A program made the translations under genes and the position numbers. 64,000 bases of DNA, from the NCBI GenBank assembly GCA_040377425.1, contig JBEIOU010000002.1, positions 145,355-209,354 on the forward strand, in the 5' to 3' direction. Below, piece after piece: positions 17,126 to 28,192 of this stretch (positions are counted from its first letter, which is position 1; the number at the start of each line of letters is the position of its first letter). Under the pieces are notes generated by a model. It worked only from the letters and a program-made list of their open reading frames with translations, made no database searches and was not told where the DNA came from. The stretch is from Micavibrio sp. GTDB lineage: Bacteria; Pseudomonadota; Alphaproteobacteria; Micavibrionales; UBA2020.

Positions 17126-20100
17126 GTGAAAAAAGCCTTGCACCTATTTAACCGCGGGTTGGTCATGGGCATGGAAGTTTGCGCCTTGCTTGCGGTGCTG
17201 GCTTTTTTGCTGTGGGGTGCGCTTTTGGTGCGGCTGTCCATGGGGCCGCTGGATGCCTCTTTCCTGACCGAAAAACTCGAAGCGTCGATGAACGCGCGTC
17301 AGCAAGGCTTTGTCTTCGACATTGGCGCGACCCAGCTGGTATGGGGTGGCCATTTCGACCTGTTTCAGGTGGAAATGAAAAACGTCAAAGTTAAACGCAC
17401 CGGCGGCGCGGATGTGGTTTATATGCGCAAAGTCGGCGTGCATCTATCCAAGCGTCATCTGGTGTTTGGCAAGCTGACGCCCAAGCTGGTACGTATTTAC
17501 GAACCGACGCTGCGTGTTGTGCGCTGGGAAAATGGAAATGTGTCGCTGAATTTTGACGAGGCGCCGGCCGTGCTGTTCGGCCCGTCGCTGCCGCCGGAAA
17601 TGAAAGCCGCTGAATCAGCCGCACAGATTGAACTGATCAAAAGCGTTCTGAACGAGTTGCAGGGGCAGACCGGTATCGGCCTGCTGCTGGGCGGACTTGA
17701 AGAGGTCGCCATCCGCGATGCACGCCTGACGTATGACGACCGTATTCTGGGCGTGGTGTGGGAATCTGCCGATACGGATATCGGCGTTGCCCGTATTAGA
17801 AACGGTATCATCGCCAAGCTGGCCATGGCCGTGCCCCTGTCGGATGATAAACGCATGGTGCTGCGTGCCGAAGGCCGCCACCGCTGGGACAGCGACGAAA
17901 GTACTTTTACCGTTCACTTCGCCGGATTTGATCCCGCATTGATTTCAGCACGCAGCGACAGGCTGGATGCATGGCGCGGCATCGCCGTACCAATGGAGGG
18001 GAGTGTCGCGCTGTGGCTGGATGCTGATTTTAAACCAAAGCGTGCCCGTTTTATTGCAGGCGCCAAAGATGGCCAGTTCAGCGGTTTTGGTCTTTACCAG
18101 GACAAACCGCTGCCGATTAAAAAGCTCTATGCCAAGGGCCAATTCAGCGCCAAAGATCAGTCTCTGCGTCTTGATAACCTGAACGTCGATCTGGGGGGGC
18201 CGCAGGTGGGCGGACGCGCGGCTGTGCGCAAGGAAGAGGGGCGTTATCATATCGATGCCGAAGCCACGCTGCTCGAAACGCCGATGGACGAGCTTGCGCA
18301 TTACTGGCCGGAAAAACTGGCGCATGACACGCGTAAATGGGTCACGATGCACCTGTCGAAAGGGACGGCCCGCAAGGCAACGATCGATCTGGATATGTTG
18401 TATAACCCTGCCCCCGAAGAAGGCGTCCCGCCCGCCGAGATAAAAAAGCTGGGCGGCATTATTGATTTCGACGGTATCATGGTAGATTACTTCCCGCCGC
18501 TGATGCCTGTTGATAACGTACGCGGTCAGGCGACGTATGACGCGCATGATTTCAATCTGGCGATTACGGGCGGTACGCTGGGCGACATGAAAGTCAGCAA
18601 ATCGGCGATTGCCATTACCAATCTGGCCGATAACGACCCTGCGACCGATGTGATGATTGATATCGGCGTCAATCTGTCCGGCCCTGTCAAAACCGCGCTG
18701 AAAGTGCTGGAGCCGAAACCGCTGGCTTACCCTGATATGCTGGGCATCAAGGTCGATGATGTGACGGGTTCGGCTGATGTCGATGTATCGTTCAAGTTTC
18801 CGCTGCATCACGGTCTGCATATTTCTGAAGTCAAAGTGACGGCGGATGCAAAAATCAACGACCTGCTGATGCCGGGTATGGTCGCTGGCATGGCGGTGAG
18901 TGGCGGACCGATGCAATTAAACGTCAGCAATGGTGCTTTGGCTGTCAAAGGAACCGGAAAATTGGGCAATATGCCCATAACATTTGATTGGAATAAAAAC
19001 TTCGAGGCTTCCAAGGACGGTCTTGATAACACGGTGAAGGCCGAATTGACGCTGGATGACGCCGCGCGCCGTGCCTTTGGCGTGCCCGAAAGTATTCTGC
19101 TTAAAGGGTCTGTGCCGTCCAAGATTGAATACAAGGCACGCAAGGATGGCAGCGCGACGTTGGATCTGGTATCCGATATTTCGCCCGCAAGCTTGAATAT
19201 CGAAGAGATTGGTTTCAGTAAACCCGCGGGCACTGTCGGCTCCGCGCAAATGAAAATCGGCTTGCAGGGTAGTGCGCCGACGCGTATCGAAAATATTATC
19301 GTTGAAACCGCAGGGCTGGTGATGCGCGGTGATGCGGATATTGCGGGCGGCGTGCTGCGCAAGGCATCGTTCCCGACCGCGATGTGGGGGCAGACGCAGG
19401 CCGCTATCGATATCGAAAACCGCGATAGCGCCGGATATGTTTTGCGCGTCAACGGACGGCAGTTTGATGCCAGCCGCTGGATGCAGACGGATAAAGACGC
19501 GCCGGTCGCCAATAAAGAAACCAGAAATGCCGAAGCCGCGGTGCGCGTAATGCCGCTGCAAGTATCGATGAATGTCGACAGGTTGATCGTTGGTGATAAC
19601 CGTTCATTGGATAACGTAAAGATGTTCATGCGCCGAAGTGCATGGCAGCGCATAGAGCAACTCGAAATCGATGGATTGATCGGCAAGGATGATATTTATT
19701 TGCGCTATACGCCGGGGGCCAATGGCCCCACGCTACGATTTGAAGCGGCCAATGCGGGCGAAGCGCTTTCGCTATTTGGTATTTCAAAATCTATTCGCGG
19801 CGGCAAACTCGTAGTCAAGGGGGAGCCCACCCCCAAGGGCGGGCCGCGCGATATGCAGGGCACGGTGGTGCTCAGCGATTTTACGTTGCGCGACGCACCT
19901 GTTCTGGCCTTATTGCTGAATTCAATGTCATTGATTGGCGTTCTGGATATTTTGAACGGGCAGGGAATTGAATTTGGCCGCGCACGTGTCGATTTCAAAT
20001 GGGTTGATCGCGGCCAGCCGGAGCGTGCGGAAAATATTCGTCTGATCCGTCTGCGTGACGGACGTACATCGGGCGCGTCGCTGGGCCTGAACTTTGAGGG

Positions 20101-20335
20101 CGAGATTGATAACTGGAATAACACGCTGGATCTGGACGGCACCATTGTGCCCATTTCCGGCATTAACAACGTGCTGAGCGGCATCCCGCTGGTGGGCGAT
20201 ATCCTGACGGGTGGCGGCAGCGGCATTCTGGCTGCAACCTATACAATCAAAGGGCCAAAGGATAAGCCGGAGGTGTTCGTGAATCCGCTGTCCGTACTGG
20301 CGCCCGGCATTCTGCGTAAAATTTTCTTTGAGTAG
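17126..20335 (+). CDS. AsmA/YhdP-like large envelope protein (DUF3971)
   Basis: N-terminal TM segment. C-terminus ...PLVGDILTGGGSGILAATYTIKGPKDKPEVFVNPLSVLAPGILRKIFF is typical of the AsmA-like C-terminal region. GTG start. Confidence 0.8.
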   Translation: MKKALHLFNRGLVMGMEVCALLAVLAFLLWGALLVRLSMGPLDASFLTEKLEASMNARQQGFVFDIGATQLVWGGHFDLFQVEMKNVKVKRTGGADVVYMRKVGVHLSKRHLVFGKLTPKLVRIYEPTLRVVRWENGNVSLNFDEAPAVLFGPSLPPEMKAAESAAQIELIKSVLNELQGQTGIGLLLGGLEEVAIRDARLTYDDRILGVVWESADTDIGVARIRNGIIAKLAMAVPLSDDKRMVLRAEGRHRWDSDESTFTVHFAGFDPALISARSDRLDAWRGIAVPMEGSVALWLDADFKPKRARFIAGAKDGQFSGFGLYQDKPLPIKKLYAKGQFSAKDQSLRLDNLNVDLGGPQVGGRAAVRKEEGRYHIDAEATLLETPMDELAHYWPEKLAHDTRKWVTMHLSKGTARKATIDLDMLYNPAPEEGVPPAEIKKLGGIIDFDGIMVDYFPPLMPVDNVRGQATYDAHDFNLAITGGTLGDMKVSKSAIAITNLADNDPATDVMIDIGVNLSGPVKTALKVLEPKPLAYPDMLGIKVDDVTGSADVDVSFKFPLHHGLHISEVKVTADAKINDLLMPGMVAGMAVSGGPMQLNVSNGALAVKGTGKLGNMPITFDWNKNFEASKDGLDNTVKAELTLDDAARRAFGVPESILLKGSVPSKIEYKARKDGSATLDLVSDISPASLNIEEIGFSKPAGTVGSAQMKIGLQGSAPTRIENIIVETAGLVMRGDADIAGGVLRKASFPTAMWGQTQAAIDIENRDSAGYVLRVNGRQFDASRWMQTDKDAPVANKETRNAEAAVRVMPLQVSMNVDRLIVGDNRSLDNVKMFMRRSAWQRIEQLEIDGLIGKDDIYLRYTPGANGPTLRFEAANAGEALSLFGISKSIRGGKLVVKGEPTPKGGPRDMQGTVVLSDFTLRDAPVLALLLNSMSLIGVLDILNGQGIEFGRARVDFKWVDRGQPERAENIRLIRLRDGRTSGASLGLNFEGEIDNWNNTLDLDGTIVPISGINNVLSGIPLVGDILTGGGSGILAATYTIKGPKDKPEVFVNPLSVLAPGILRKIFFE

Positions 20336-20365
20336 AAAACCCGCCGTCCGGCGTGTGGGCGTTTA

Positions 20366-21610
20366 TTAGCCCACCACGACCAGTGCATGCTTTTTCTTAC
20401 CTGCCGACAGTTTGATTACGTTGTCCGCGTCGAGATCATCAAGCGTGACCATGCGCTGGTCATTATCGACTTTCTGATCGTTGATACGTGCACCGCCGCC
20501 TGCGATCAAGCGGCGTGCTTCACCACCCGAAGCGGCAAGGCCTGCGTCTTTGAATAGCGCAAATGCCGCAATGCCCGCCGCCAGCTGTGCGCGGGGCAGG
20601 TGGATGGTGGGCAGGCCTTCAGCGGCTGCGCCTTCTTCGAAGGTTTTGCGGGCGGTTTCGGCGGCATCTTCGGCTGCTTTGTCGCCATGGCACATGCGGG
20701 CTGCTTCGAAGGCGAGGACTTTTTTCGCCTCGTTGATTTCGCCGCCGCGCAGTGCTTCGAGGCGGGCGATTTCATCCATGGGCAGTTCTGTGTAAATTTT
20801 CAACATGCGGCCGACGTCGGCGTCTTCGGTATTGCGCCAGTATTGATAATAATCATAGGGGCTGAACATATCATCGTTCAGCCAGACAGCGCCCGATGCG
20901 CTCTTGCCCATTTTCTTGCCGCTGGCCGTGGTCAGCAGCGGGCAGGTGAAGCCGTACGCTTCATTTTGCGCAAGGCGGCGCACCAGATCGATGCCGCCAA
21001 TAATATTGCCCCACTGGTCAGACCCGCCAAATTGCAGCGTACAGCCATGACGTTTGTAAAGCTCGAGGAAGTCATAAGCCTGAAGCAGCATATAGTTGAA
21101 TTCAAGGAAGCTGAGGGACTGTTCACGTTCCAACCGCAGGCGTACGCTATCCATCGTCAACATGCGGTTCACACTGAAATGCGGGCCGTAATCGCGCAGG
21201 AATTCGATGTAGTTGATTTTTTCCAGCCACTCGGCGTTATCGACCATCATGGCGTCGGTCTTGCCGCTGCCGAAGGTGATGAATTTTTCGAATACCTTGC
21301 GAATGCCTGCAATGTTATTTTGGATATCGGCATCCGTCAGCATTTTACGGCTTTCGTCTTTGCCGGTCGGGTCGCCAACCTTTGTCGTGCCGCCGCCCAT
21401 CAGGACAATCGGGCGGTGTCCACATTTCTGGAACCAGCGCATCATCATGATCGACAGCAAACTGCCCGCATGCAGGCTGGTCGCGGTCGCATCATAGCCT
21501 GTATAGCAAGTGACGGTTTCTGTCGCCAGCTTGGCTTTTAGTGCGTCGAGGTCGGTGCATTGATGCAGGAACCCGCGTTCCTGCATGATGTGGATAAAGT
21601 CTGCGGACAT
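20366..21610 (-). CDS. tyrS: tyrosine--tRNA ligase
   Basis: Class I motifs ([15 protein letters not shown]; KMGKS) and a C-terminal S4 domain. Confidence 0.95.
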   Translation of the reverse strand: MSADFIHIMQERGFLHQCTDLDALKAKLATETVTCYTGYDATATSLHAGSLLSIMMMRWFQKCGHRPIVLMGGGTTKVGDPTGKDESRKMLTDADIQNNIAGIRKVFEKFITFGSGKTDAMMVDNAEWLEKINYIEFLRDYGPHFSVNRMLTMDSVRLRLEREQSLSFLEFNYMLLQAYDFLELYKRHGCTLQFGGSDQWGNIIGGIDLVRRLAQNEAYGFTCPLLTTASGKKMGKSASGAVWLNDDMFSPYDYYQYWRNTEDADVGRMLKIYTELPMDEIARLEALRGGEINEAKKVLAFEAARMCHGDKAAEDAAETARKTFEEGAAAEGLPTIHLPRAQLAAGIAAFALFKDAGLAASGGEARRLIAGGGARINDQKVDNDQRMVTLDDLDADNVIKLSAGKKKHALVVVG

Positions 21611-21622
21611 ATATGTTATTGA

Positions 21623-22090
21623 TTACCTCGTGGTGGCATGGACGACATCACGCATGATGTCGAGAATGATATCGGTTTTTGTATCGATCAGCACAATATC
21701 GCGGCCGATCATGTAACGCTTGGTACCTACGCGCGGCGGATAGAGTTTGTTTTGCAGGGAAAACGGCAGCTCGTTTCGGGCCAGTCCGGGCGGCAGTTTG
21801 CCGTTCTTTTGCAGCTGCTTTTCAAGGCCGGGCGGCAGGCGGTCTTTTTTGGCAAGGCCCGGAGGCAGGTCTTTTTTGCCTTTGCCGTGGCTGTGCTTTT
21901 TGCCATCCGGCTTGGTCTTTTTGGATGTATAAAACTCTTCGATAATCGCGCGTTCCGCTTCGCTGAAGACGCGGTCGACAACGCGCGCCGCGGCATCTTC
22001 CTGCGTTTTTGCAGGCGGGGCGGCAAAAGAATATGCCGTCGGAAGAATAGTGAATGCGGTCAGCAGCAATAGGGCAAACATGTGCATCAT
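21623..22090 (-). CDS. secreted CigR/RcnB-like protein with LPPGL repeats
   Basis: Signal peptide. Three (D/R/K)LPPGL(A/E)K repeats. C-terminal RYMIGRDIVLIDTKTDIILDI beta motif. Start among the ATGs at 22081-22090. Confidence 0.55.
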   Translation of the reverse strand: MMHMFALLLLTAFTILPTAYSFAAPPAKTQEDAAARVVDRVFSEAERAIIEEFYTSKKTKPDGKKHSHGKGKKDLPPGLAKKDRLPPGLEKQLQKNGKLPPGLARNELPFSLQNKLYPPRVGTKRYMIGRDIVLIDTKTDIILDIMRDVVHATTR

Positions 22091-22148
22091 GATTTTTTCC
22101 GTCAAAATGGGTAAGCCGGCCATGTTGTCGGCCGGTTTACCCGTGTTT

Positions 22149-22628
22149 TTACTTGATGTATTCAGGGATGACGTTGGGTACGTAATCGATGATTTGGCGG
22201 TTGTTCAAGTCGATGGCCACCATATCAACGCCCACCGCGCCGAATTTCACGCCGGGTTTCGGCGGGGTCAGTTTGCGCTGCATCTTGACGCCCAGATCCA
22301 TGACGGCAATTTCAGGCGACAGGCGGCTGCCGATCAGGGTGCCGGGGGCGCCATGTTCTTTGGCGCGGATATCTTCGCGGATGCTACGCTGGTCGGCGGG
22401 CAGCTTCAGATAGTTATACACCGCTTCGCGGTCGCGCAGCGTAAAGCCGCGGCTGATTTCGGCGGGGGTGGCATGGGGCGTCTGGGTAATGTCGCCTGCG
22501 CTGCGTTCTGTGACCGGCTGTGCCATGGTGACGTTGCTGGTATGGCCTGCATCGTGTGCGGCAAGGGCATGGACGGACGGCAAAACGACTGCTGCGGTCA
22601 AAAACAGGAATGCGAATGTATTTTTCAT
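22149..22628 (-). CDS. secreted protein, distant paralog of the preceding gene
   Basis: Signal peptide MKNTFAFLFLTAAVVLPSVHALA. Shares the F-[ST]-x2-[ED]R and V..(A/L)IDL..xIID elements with the neighbour. Start trimmed to the ATG at 22628. Confidence 0.55.
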   Translation of the reverse strand: MKNTFAFLFLTAAVVLPSVHALAAHDAGHTSNVTMAQPVTERSAGDITQTPHATPAEISRGFTLRDREAVYNYLKLPADQRSIREDIRAKEHGAPGTLIGSRLSPEIAVMDLGVKMQRKLTPPKPGVKFGAVGVDMVAIDLNNRQIIDYVPNVIPEYIK

Positions 22629-22718
22629 GGGTGGCCTCTTTTCTTGTTTTGGCCTTTTCAGGCGGGTTATCATAAGCTATTTGTTGTAATGCGGCAATAT
22701 GCCAGAAGGAGCCTGAAA

Positions 22719-23819
22719 ATGCAGATTTATCGCGCCATCGGCCTAATGAGTGGCACATCCCTGGACGGGATTGATGCGGCACTGATTACGACTGATGGGG
22801 AGGGGTATATTACCCGCGAAAGCTTCATTTCCATCCCCTATGACGACGGTTTGCGCAGCCGAATTCGTGCCCTTTTGAACCTGCCTGCGGGCGAAAGACC
22901 GCGGGCGCAGGCCGTGGAGCGTGAATTGACCGAAGCGCATGCCGACGCCATTCACAAACTGCTGACCGAGGCGGGCAGTTCCCAGCCCATAGATGTTATT
23001 GGTTTTCATGGACAAACCGTGGCCCATGACCCGGCGCAGGGCTATACCTGCCAGCTGGGCGACGGGGCATTGCTGGCGCAATTAACGGGTATTCGCACCG
23101 TCAACGATTTCCGCACAAATGATGTCAAATCGGGCGGGCAAGGTGCACCGCTGGCGCCGGTTTATCACCGTGCGCTGGCATCCACCAGCGACAAACCATG
23201 CTGCTTTCTTAATATCGGCGGTGTGGCCAACGTGACCTATATTGGCACAGACGGCACGTTGCTGGCCTTTGATACCGGCCCCGGCAATGCGCTGATTGAT
23301 GACTGGATGCTGGTCAAGGCGGGGCAGAAGTTTGATAAAAACGGCGAAGCGGCCGCATCGGGCAAGGTGGATGCGGCTGTGCTGGATGATTTGATGTCGC
23401 ATACGTTTTTTGCGGCGCGTCCGCCCAAATCGCTTGATCGCAATGATTTCGTATCCTCGCGCTGGCAGCATTTGCCGCTGAACGATGCTGCGGCGACGCT
23501 GACGGCATTTACGGTGCAAAGTATTCTGCGCGCCGTACCGTTCCTGCCGCAAAAACCGCTGCGCTGGATTGTATCGGGTGGTGGGCGTTTGAATGCCGAA
23601 ATCATGCATGGTCTGCGGATGGGGTTGGGCGTGCCCGTAAACGCGATCGAAGATATCGGTTTTAACGGCGATGCCATAGAGGCGGAAGCCTTTGCTTACA
23701 TGGCCGTGCGGTCCTTGCGCGGCTTGCCCATCAGCTTCCCCGGCACCACGGGCGCGCCGCGTGATTTGACGGGCGGCGTGACGCACAACCCGCAAGGCAA
23801 AACGGCAGGCGTAGCATGA
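22719..23819 (+). CDS. anmK: anhydro-N-acetylmuramic acid kinase
   Basis: MQIYRAIGLMSGTSLDGIDAAL N-terminus, behind SD AGGAG. The track ORF 22050.. is an antisense extension. Confidence 0.9.
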   Translation: MQIYRAIGLMSGTSLDGIDAALITTDGEGYITRESFISIPYDDGLRSRIRALLNLPAGERPRAQAVERELTEAHADAIHKLLTEAGSSQPIDVIGFHGQTVAHDPAQGYTCQLGDGALLAQLTGIRTVNDFRTNDVKSGGQGAPLAPVYHRALASTSDKPCCFLNIGGVANVTYIGTDGTLLAFDTGPGNALIDDWMLVKAGQKFDKNGEAAASGKVDAAVLDDLMSHTFFAARPPKSLDRNDFVSSRWQHLPLNDAAATLTAFTVQSILRAVPFLPQKPLRWIVSGGGRLNAEIMHGLRMGLGVPVNAIEDIGFNGDAIEAEAFAYMAVRSLRGLPISFPGTTGAPRDLTGGVTHNPQGKTAGVA

Positions 23820-24817
23820 GCTTGATTGTACAGGCAACGGCAGACACGATCGCGCAGGCGGCTGAACGTTTGCGCGCCGGCGGTCTTGTGGCGCTGCCAA
23901 CCGAAACGGTATATGGCCTTGGCGCCGATGCGACGAACGACCGCGCCGTAGCATCGATCTTTGAAGCCAAAGGCCGTCCTACGTTCAATCCTGTCATCGT
24001 GCATGTATCGAACCGTGCGCAGGCGGAACAGATTGTCGATTTCAATGTGAAAGCACGGCTGCTGGCCGAACTTTTCTGGCCCGGCCCGCTGACGATGATT
24101 TTACCGCGCCGTGTCGATTGCAATATATCGCTGCTGTGCAGTGCGGGGCTGCCGACGCTGGCTGTACGCTGTCCGTCGCATCCAGTGGCGCGTCAGCTGA
24201 TCGATGCGCTCGGCCGCCCCATTGCCGCGCCCAGCGCAAATGCATCGGGCAGCCTCAGCCCCACCACGCCGCAGCATGTGGCGCAAAGTCTGGGCAACAA
24301 GGCTGGTATGATTTTGGCGGGCGGCAAGGCGCAGGTCGGACTTGAATCCACCGTGATCGACTTGTCGGGCGATGTGCCAACCCTGCTGCGACCGGGCGGT
24401 GTGACGCTGGATGAACTGCAAATGCATCTGGGCGATGTACACGTTGAAACCGAAGCGGTCAGTGAAAACCCGAAATCGCCCGGCCAGCTGCTGAAACACT
24501 ACGCCCCCAATACTCCCCTGCGTTTGAATGCCGTTGATGTACGCGAGGGCGAGGCCTTGCTGGCCTTTGGCAACCTCCGCTTCATGGGCATGCAGGGCGG
24601 CGGATTTGCCAAACAGAAATTACCGTCCGAATGGCTCATGAACCTCAGCGAAACGGGCGACCTCAACGAAGCCGCGGCGAATGTATTTTCAATGCTGCAC
24701 ACGCTGGATTGTTGCGGCGCGCAGGGTATTGCCGTCATGAATATTCCGCACACCGGTTTGGGCGTTGCGATCAACGACCGCTTGAAACGTGCCGCAGGGG
24801 CGCAGGCGGCAACGTAA
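23816..24817 (+). CDS. L-threonylcarbamoyladenylate synthase (Sua5/YwlC type)
   Basis: PTETVYGLGADATN motif plus a C-terminal Sua5 domain. 4-nt overlap with anmK. Confidence 0.9.
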   Translation: MSLIVQATADTIAQAAERLRAGGLVALPTETVYGLGADATNDRAVASIFEAKGRPTFNPVIVHVSNRAQAEQIVDFNVKARLLAELFWPGPLTMILPRRVDCNISLLCSAGLPTLAVRCPSHPVARQLIDALGRPIAAPSANASGSLSPTTPQHVAQSLGNKAGMILAGGKAQVGLESTVIDLSGDVPTLLRPGGVTLDELQMHLGDVHVETEAVSENPKSPGQLLKHYAPNTPLRLNAVDVREGEALLAFGNLRFMGMQGGGFAKQKLPSEWLMNLSETGDLNEAAANVFSMLHTLDCCGAQGIAVMNIPHTGLGVAINDRLKRAAGAQAAT

Positions 24818-24820
24818 TCT

Positions 24821-25693
24821 TTAATATGTTTTGCGTGCCGTATCGCCGCGCGGTATCGCCATGGCAATGATGCCCATATGCGGCAGCAGGGCAGAAGATT
24901 TTTCCATCATTTCGCGCATGATGGGCAGCAGGGGCGGTGTCACGTCGCCCATGGTTTCGTTGTAATCCAGATCTCCCGATTTATTCGCATCATACCGCGC
25001 CAGCAGATCATCGGCGATCTTGCCGCCTTCGATCGCGGCGCGGTTTTTGATTTTATCCAGATCGGCGGGGCTGGTGACGCCGCGTGCGGCGGCCAGCTCG
25101 GCAAAGAGCATCAGGCTATGGGTCGCTGATACAATTTCGGCAAGGCCGACTTTTTTGTTGTTATCGCTGTCGGCGAATTTGAAAATGACACGCGCACAAT
25201 TCCCATCACCAGAGATGCTGCACGTATCGCGCAGGCGGTCGGCATAGCGCATCAGGCGCAGCATGTTGGCGGGCACTCTGCCGGAGGTTTTATCGCAGGA
25301 TGCATATTTCAACGTTTCGCCATGCGGCAGCTTTGCCCACATTTGCGGCCAATGCCGGGGCAGCTTGGCGGGGGATTTTTCGAGAAGTGCAAGGGATAAA
25401 ACCCGGTCATGGTCAACCCGCACAGGCGCAGCGGCACCGGCAATCGACAGAATCATATAATCCCCCGCCTCATGCTTCAGGCCTGCGGCGCGCAGGGAAA
25501 GTCCGGCTTCCGACGATTTTAGGTAAAAATAACGGGTAAAAAGCAGGGCTTCTTTGTTAATCCCGCAGCGGGGCAGCGCCCAGTTACCCTGAATCTGGTC
25601 CGGAACCGCCGTAAGTTCTTGAGCTTTCGCCATATTCCCGCTAAAAGAGAGCACAATAAGGAAATACACGATCACGGCTGACAGGCGCTTCAT
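24821..25693 (-). CDS. secreted protein with two EF-hand calcium-binding loops
   Basis: Signal peptide. Canonical 12-residue loops [12 protein letters not shown] and [12 protein letters not shown]. Confidence 0.7.
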   Translation of the reverse strand: MKRLSAVIVYFLIVLSFSGNMAKAQELTAVPDQIQGNWALPRCGINKEALLFTRYFYLKSSEAGLSLRAAGLKHEAGDYMILSIAGAAAPVRVDHDRVLSLALLEKSPAKLPRHWPQMWAKLPHGETLKYASCDKTSGRVPANMLRLMRYADRLRDTCSISGDGNCARVIFKFADSDNNKKVGLAEIVSATHSLMLFAELAAARGVTSPADLDKIKNRAAIEGGKIADDLLARYDANKSGDLDYNETMGDVTPPLLPIMREMMEKSSALLPHMGIIAMAIPRGDTARKTY

Positions 25694-25725
25694 CTTTTAC
25701 CGAACCCGGTTACACAAGAAACATT

Positions 25726-27531
25726 ATGGCTGAACAAAAACACATCCGGAACTTCTCGATTATTGCCCATATCGACCACGGTAAGTCAACACTTGCCGAC
25801 CGTCTGATTCAAACTTGCGGCGGCCTGACCGATCGCGAGATGAAAGAGCAGATCCTCGATAACATGGAGCTGGAGCGCGAGCGCGGCATCACCATCAAAG
25901 CGCAGACTGTGCGCCTGAATTACACAGCCAAAGACGGTGAAACGTATTTGCTCAACCTGATGGACACGCCCGGCCACGTCGACTTCGCGTACGAAGTCAG
26001 CCGCTCGCTGGCTGCGTGCGAGGGGGCCTTGCTGGTCGTGGATGCCTCTCAGGGTGTAGAGGCGCAAACGCTTGCCAACGTGTATCAGGCCATCGACAAC
26101 AATCTTGAAATCGTGCCTGTCATCAACAAAATCGACCTGCCCGCCGCCGATACGGACCGCGTTAAACTGCAAATCGAGGATGTGATCGGCATTGATGCGT
26201 CGGATGCTGTTTTAACTTCTGCCAAAAGCGGTATTGGCATTGATGATTTGCTCGAAGCGATCGTCACGCGCCTGCCCGCGCCGAAGGGCGACCCGGATGC
26301 CCCGCTGAAAGCGCTCCTGGTTGACAGCTGGTACGATGCGTATCTGGGCGTTGTTATTCTGGTGCGTATCGTCGAAGGCACCGTGCGTTTCAAAGACAAG
26401 CTGCGTTTCATGAGCACCGGTGCCTCGTACGAAGCCGACCGCGTGGGGGTGTTTACGCCCAAGCACGTGATTACGAACGAGCTGAGACCCGGCGAAATGG
26501 GTTTCATTACCTGCGGCATCAAAACCATTCACGAAACGAAAATCGGCGATACGATTACGTTCGACCGTAACCCCTGCACGGAAAAATTGCCGGGCTTCAA
26601 GCCGTCCGTACCGATGGTTTTCTGCTCGATCTTCCCGCTGGATTCCAGCGAGTTTGAAAAACTGCGCGATTCTCTTGGCAAACTTGCGCTGAACGATGCA
26701 AGCTTGCATTACGAAGCCGAAAGCTCGAACGCGCTGGGGATGGGGTTCCGCTGCGGCTTCCTCGGTCTTTTGCATCTGGAGATTATTCAGGAGCGTCTGG
26801 AGCGTGAATATAACCTCGACCTTATCCCGACCGCGCCGTCGGTGGTGTATAAACTGAGCCTGACCAACGGTGACAATATCGAGCTGTACAACCCGGCCGA
26901 CATGCCGGATGTGGTGCGTATCAAAACGATCGAAGAGCCGTGGATCAAGGCGACGATTTTTGTGCCGGATGAATATCTGGGCAGCATTTTGCAGCTGTGT
27001 CAGGAACGCCGCGGCACGCAGGTCGAGCTAACGTGGGTGGGCAGCCGTGCCATGGCTGTATACCGCCTGCCGCTGAACGAAGTTGTGTTTGATTTCTATG
27101 ACCGCCTGAAATCCATCTCCCGCGGCTACGCCAGCATGGACTATGTGCTGGACGGCTTCGAAGAGGGCGATCTGGTGCGTCTGAACGTTCTGGTGAACGG
27201 TGAATCTCTGGATGCACTGTCAATGATCGTACACCGCAGCCAGGCCGAACACCGCGGACGCCAGCTGTGCGAGCGCCTGAAAGAACTGATCCCGCGCCAG
27301 CTGTTCAAGATTGCCATTCAGGCCTCTATCGGCGGCAAGATCGTGGCACGCGAAGACGTATCCGCCCTGCGCAAAGACGTGACGGCGAAATGCTATGGCG
27401 GTGACGTCAGCCGTAAACGCAAGCTGCTGGACAAGCAGAAAGAGGGTAAGAAAAAGATGCGCCAGTACGGCAACGTCGAAATCCCCCAGTCTGCCTTCAT
27501 CGCGGCACTGCGCATGAGCGACGACAAGTAA
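25726..27531 (+). CDS. lepA: translation elongation factor 4
   Basis: [21 protein letters not shown]-domain and the conserved LepA C-terminus. Confidence 0.97.
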   Translation: MAEQKHIRNFSIIAHIDHGKSTLADRLIQTCGGLTDREMKEQILDNMELERERGITIKAQTVRLNYTAKDGETYLLNLMDTPGHVDFAYEVSRSLAACEGALLVVDASQGVEAQTLANVYQAIDNNLEIVPVINKIDLPAADTDRVKLQIEDVIGIDASDAVLTSAKSGIGIDDLLEAIVTRLPAPKGDPDAPLKALLVDSWYDAYLGVVILVRIVEGTVRFKDKLRFMSTGASYEADRVGVFTPKHVITNELRPGEMGFITCGIKTIHETKIGDTITFDRNPCTEKLPGFKPSVPMVFCSIFPLDSSEFEKLRDSLGKLALNDASLHYEAESSNALGMGFRCGFLGLLHLEIIQERLEREYNLDLIPTAPSVVYKLSLTNGDNIELYNPADMPDVVRIKTIEEPWIKATIFVPDEYLGSILQLCQERRGTQVELTWVGSRAMAVYRLPLNEVVFDFYDRLKSISRGYASMDYVLDGFEEGDLVRLNVLVNGESLDALSMIVHRSQAEHRGRQLCERLKELIPRQLFKIAIQASIGGKIVAREDVSALRKDVTAKCYGGDVSRKRKLLDKQKEGKKKMRQYGNVEIPQSAFIAALRMSDDK

Positions 27532-27552
27532 TATCTGGGCTATCCTCAAAAC

Positions 27553-27590
27553 AAAACCGCCCGTGTTTGCAGCACGGGCGGTTTTGTTTT
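27553..27590. terminator. bidirectional intrinsic terminator
   Basis: AAAACCGCCCGTG-TTTGCAG-CACGGGCGGTTTTGTTTT between convergent lepA and the exonuclease gene. Confidence 0.8.
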
Positions 27591-27604
27591 GGCTTAATCG
27601 TTAT

Positions 27605-28186
27605 TTAAAACGGCGCCGCCGCACCATGCTGCACCAAAAAGCGATAAGCGGCTGCAATCGACCGTGCATCATGCACGGCGTTGTGTTCCTGAATGCTGTC
27701 CATCGGGGCGCCTACGGTGGCGGCCAGCTTGCCGGAATTGATGCCGGCACGTATGCCAAAACTGGCGCCCTTGTCCATGAACCACGGGGCGATGTTGAGG
27801 CTATCGAAATCTTCGTCACCGTCCGGCATGCCCGCCCAGCCCAGATTTTCGCGCATCACAGACGCATCGCCGCCATAGCATGCCGTGACATCGCCCTGCA
27901 CAAACGCGCTGAAGGCGTGGTAGGCATCGGGGAAGGGGACGCCTTCCGCCTCGATATGGCCATTGGTGATGCCGGTCAGGCTGGTAAAGAAATTCGACAA
28001 AACCGGATTTTTGACAGGTTTGATCAAAATCTGAAATTCGTCGATTTCCTGTAAACGGTCGATGTCAAAACGGATTGCGCCGATTTGCACCAATTCACGG
28101 TATTGACCGGGCAGCGACCAATTGGCCTGCATCGCGCCTTCCCACGTCGTGAATTCGGTGTCGTAGAAAACAACCGTGCGGCCCAT
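27605..28186 (-). CDS. DEDDh 3'-5' exonuclease domain protein
   Basis: Exo I VVFYDTEFT and Exo III HNAVHDARSIA motifs. Confidence 0.8.
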   Translation of the reverse strand: MGRTVVFYDTEFTTWEGAMQANWSLPGQYRELVQIGAIRFDIDRLQEIDEFQILIKPVKNPVLSNFFTSLTGITNGHIEAEGVPFPDAYHAFSAFVQGDVTACYGGDASVMRENLGWAGMPDGDEDFDSLNIAPWFMDKGASFGIRAGINSGKLAATVGAPMDSIQEHNAVHDARSIAAAYRFLVQHGAAAPF

Positions 28187-28192
28187 GTCTGA

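Noticed and set aside
21589-21597. TGTGGATAA, a perfect DnaA-box 9-mer.
   Set aside because: It is a single copy inside the tyrS coding region. There is no cluster of boxes, AT-rich unwinding element or dnaA/hemE-type neighbourhood to suggest an origin.
22050-22718. First 223 codons of track ORF 22050..23819.
   Set aside because: They are antisense to the signal-peptide gene 22149..22628. AnmK homology starts at the ATG at 22719, behind a good SD.
27594-27608. TTAATCGTTATTTAA, a TTAA-N7-TTAA match (CtrA-box-like).
   Set aside because: It lies between the 3' ends of convergent genes and overlaps a stop codon, with no promoter context. It is probably a chance match in AT-rich terminator-flanking sequence.
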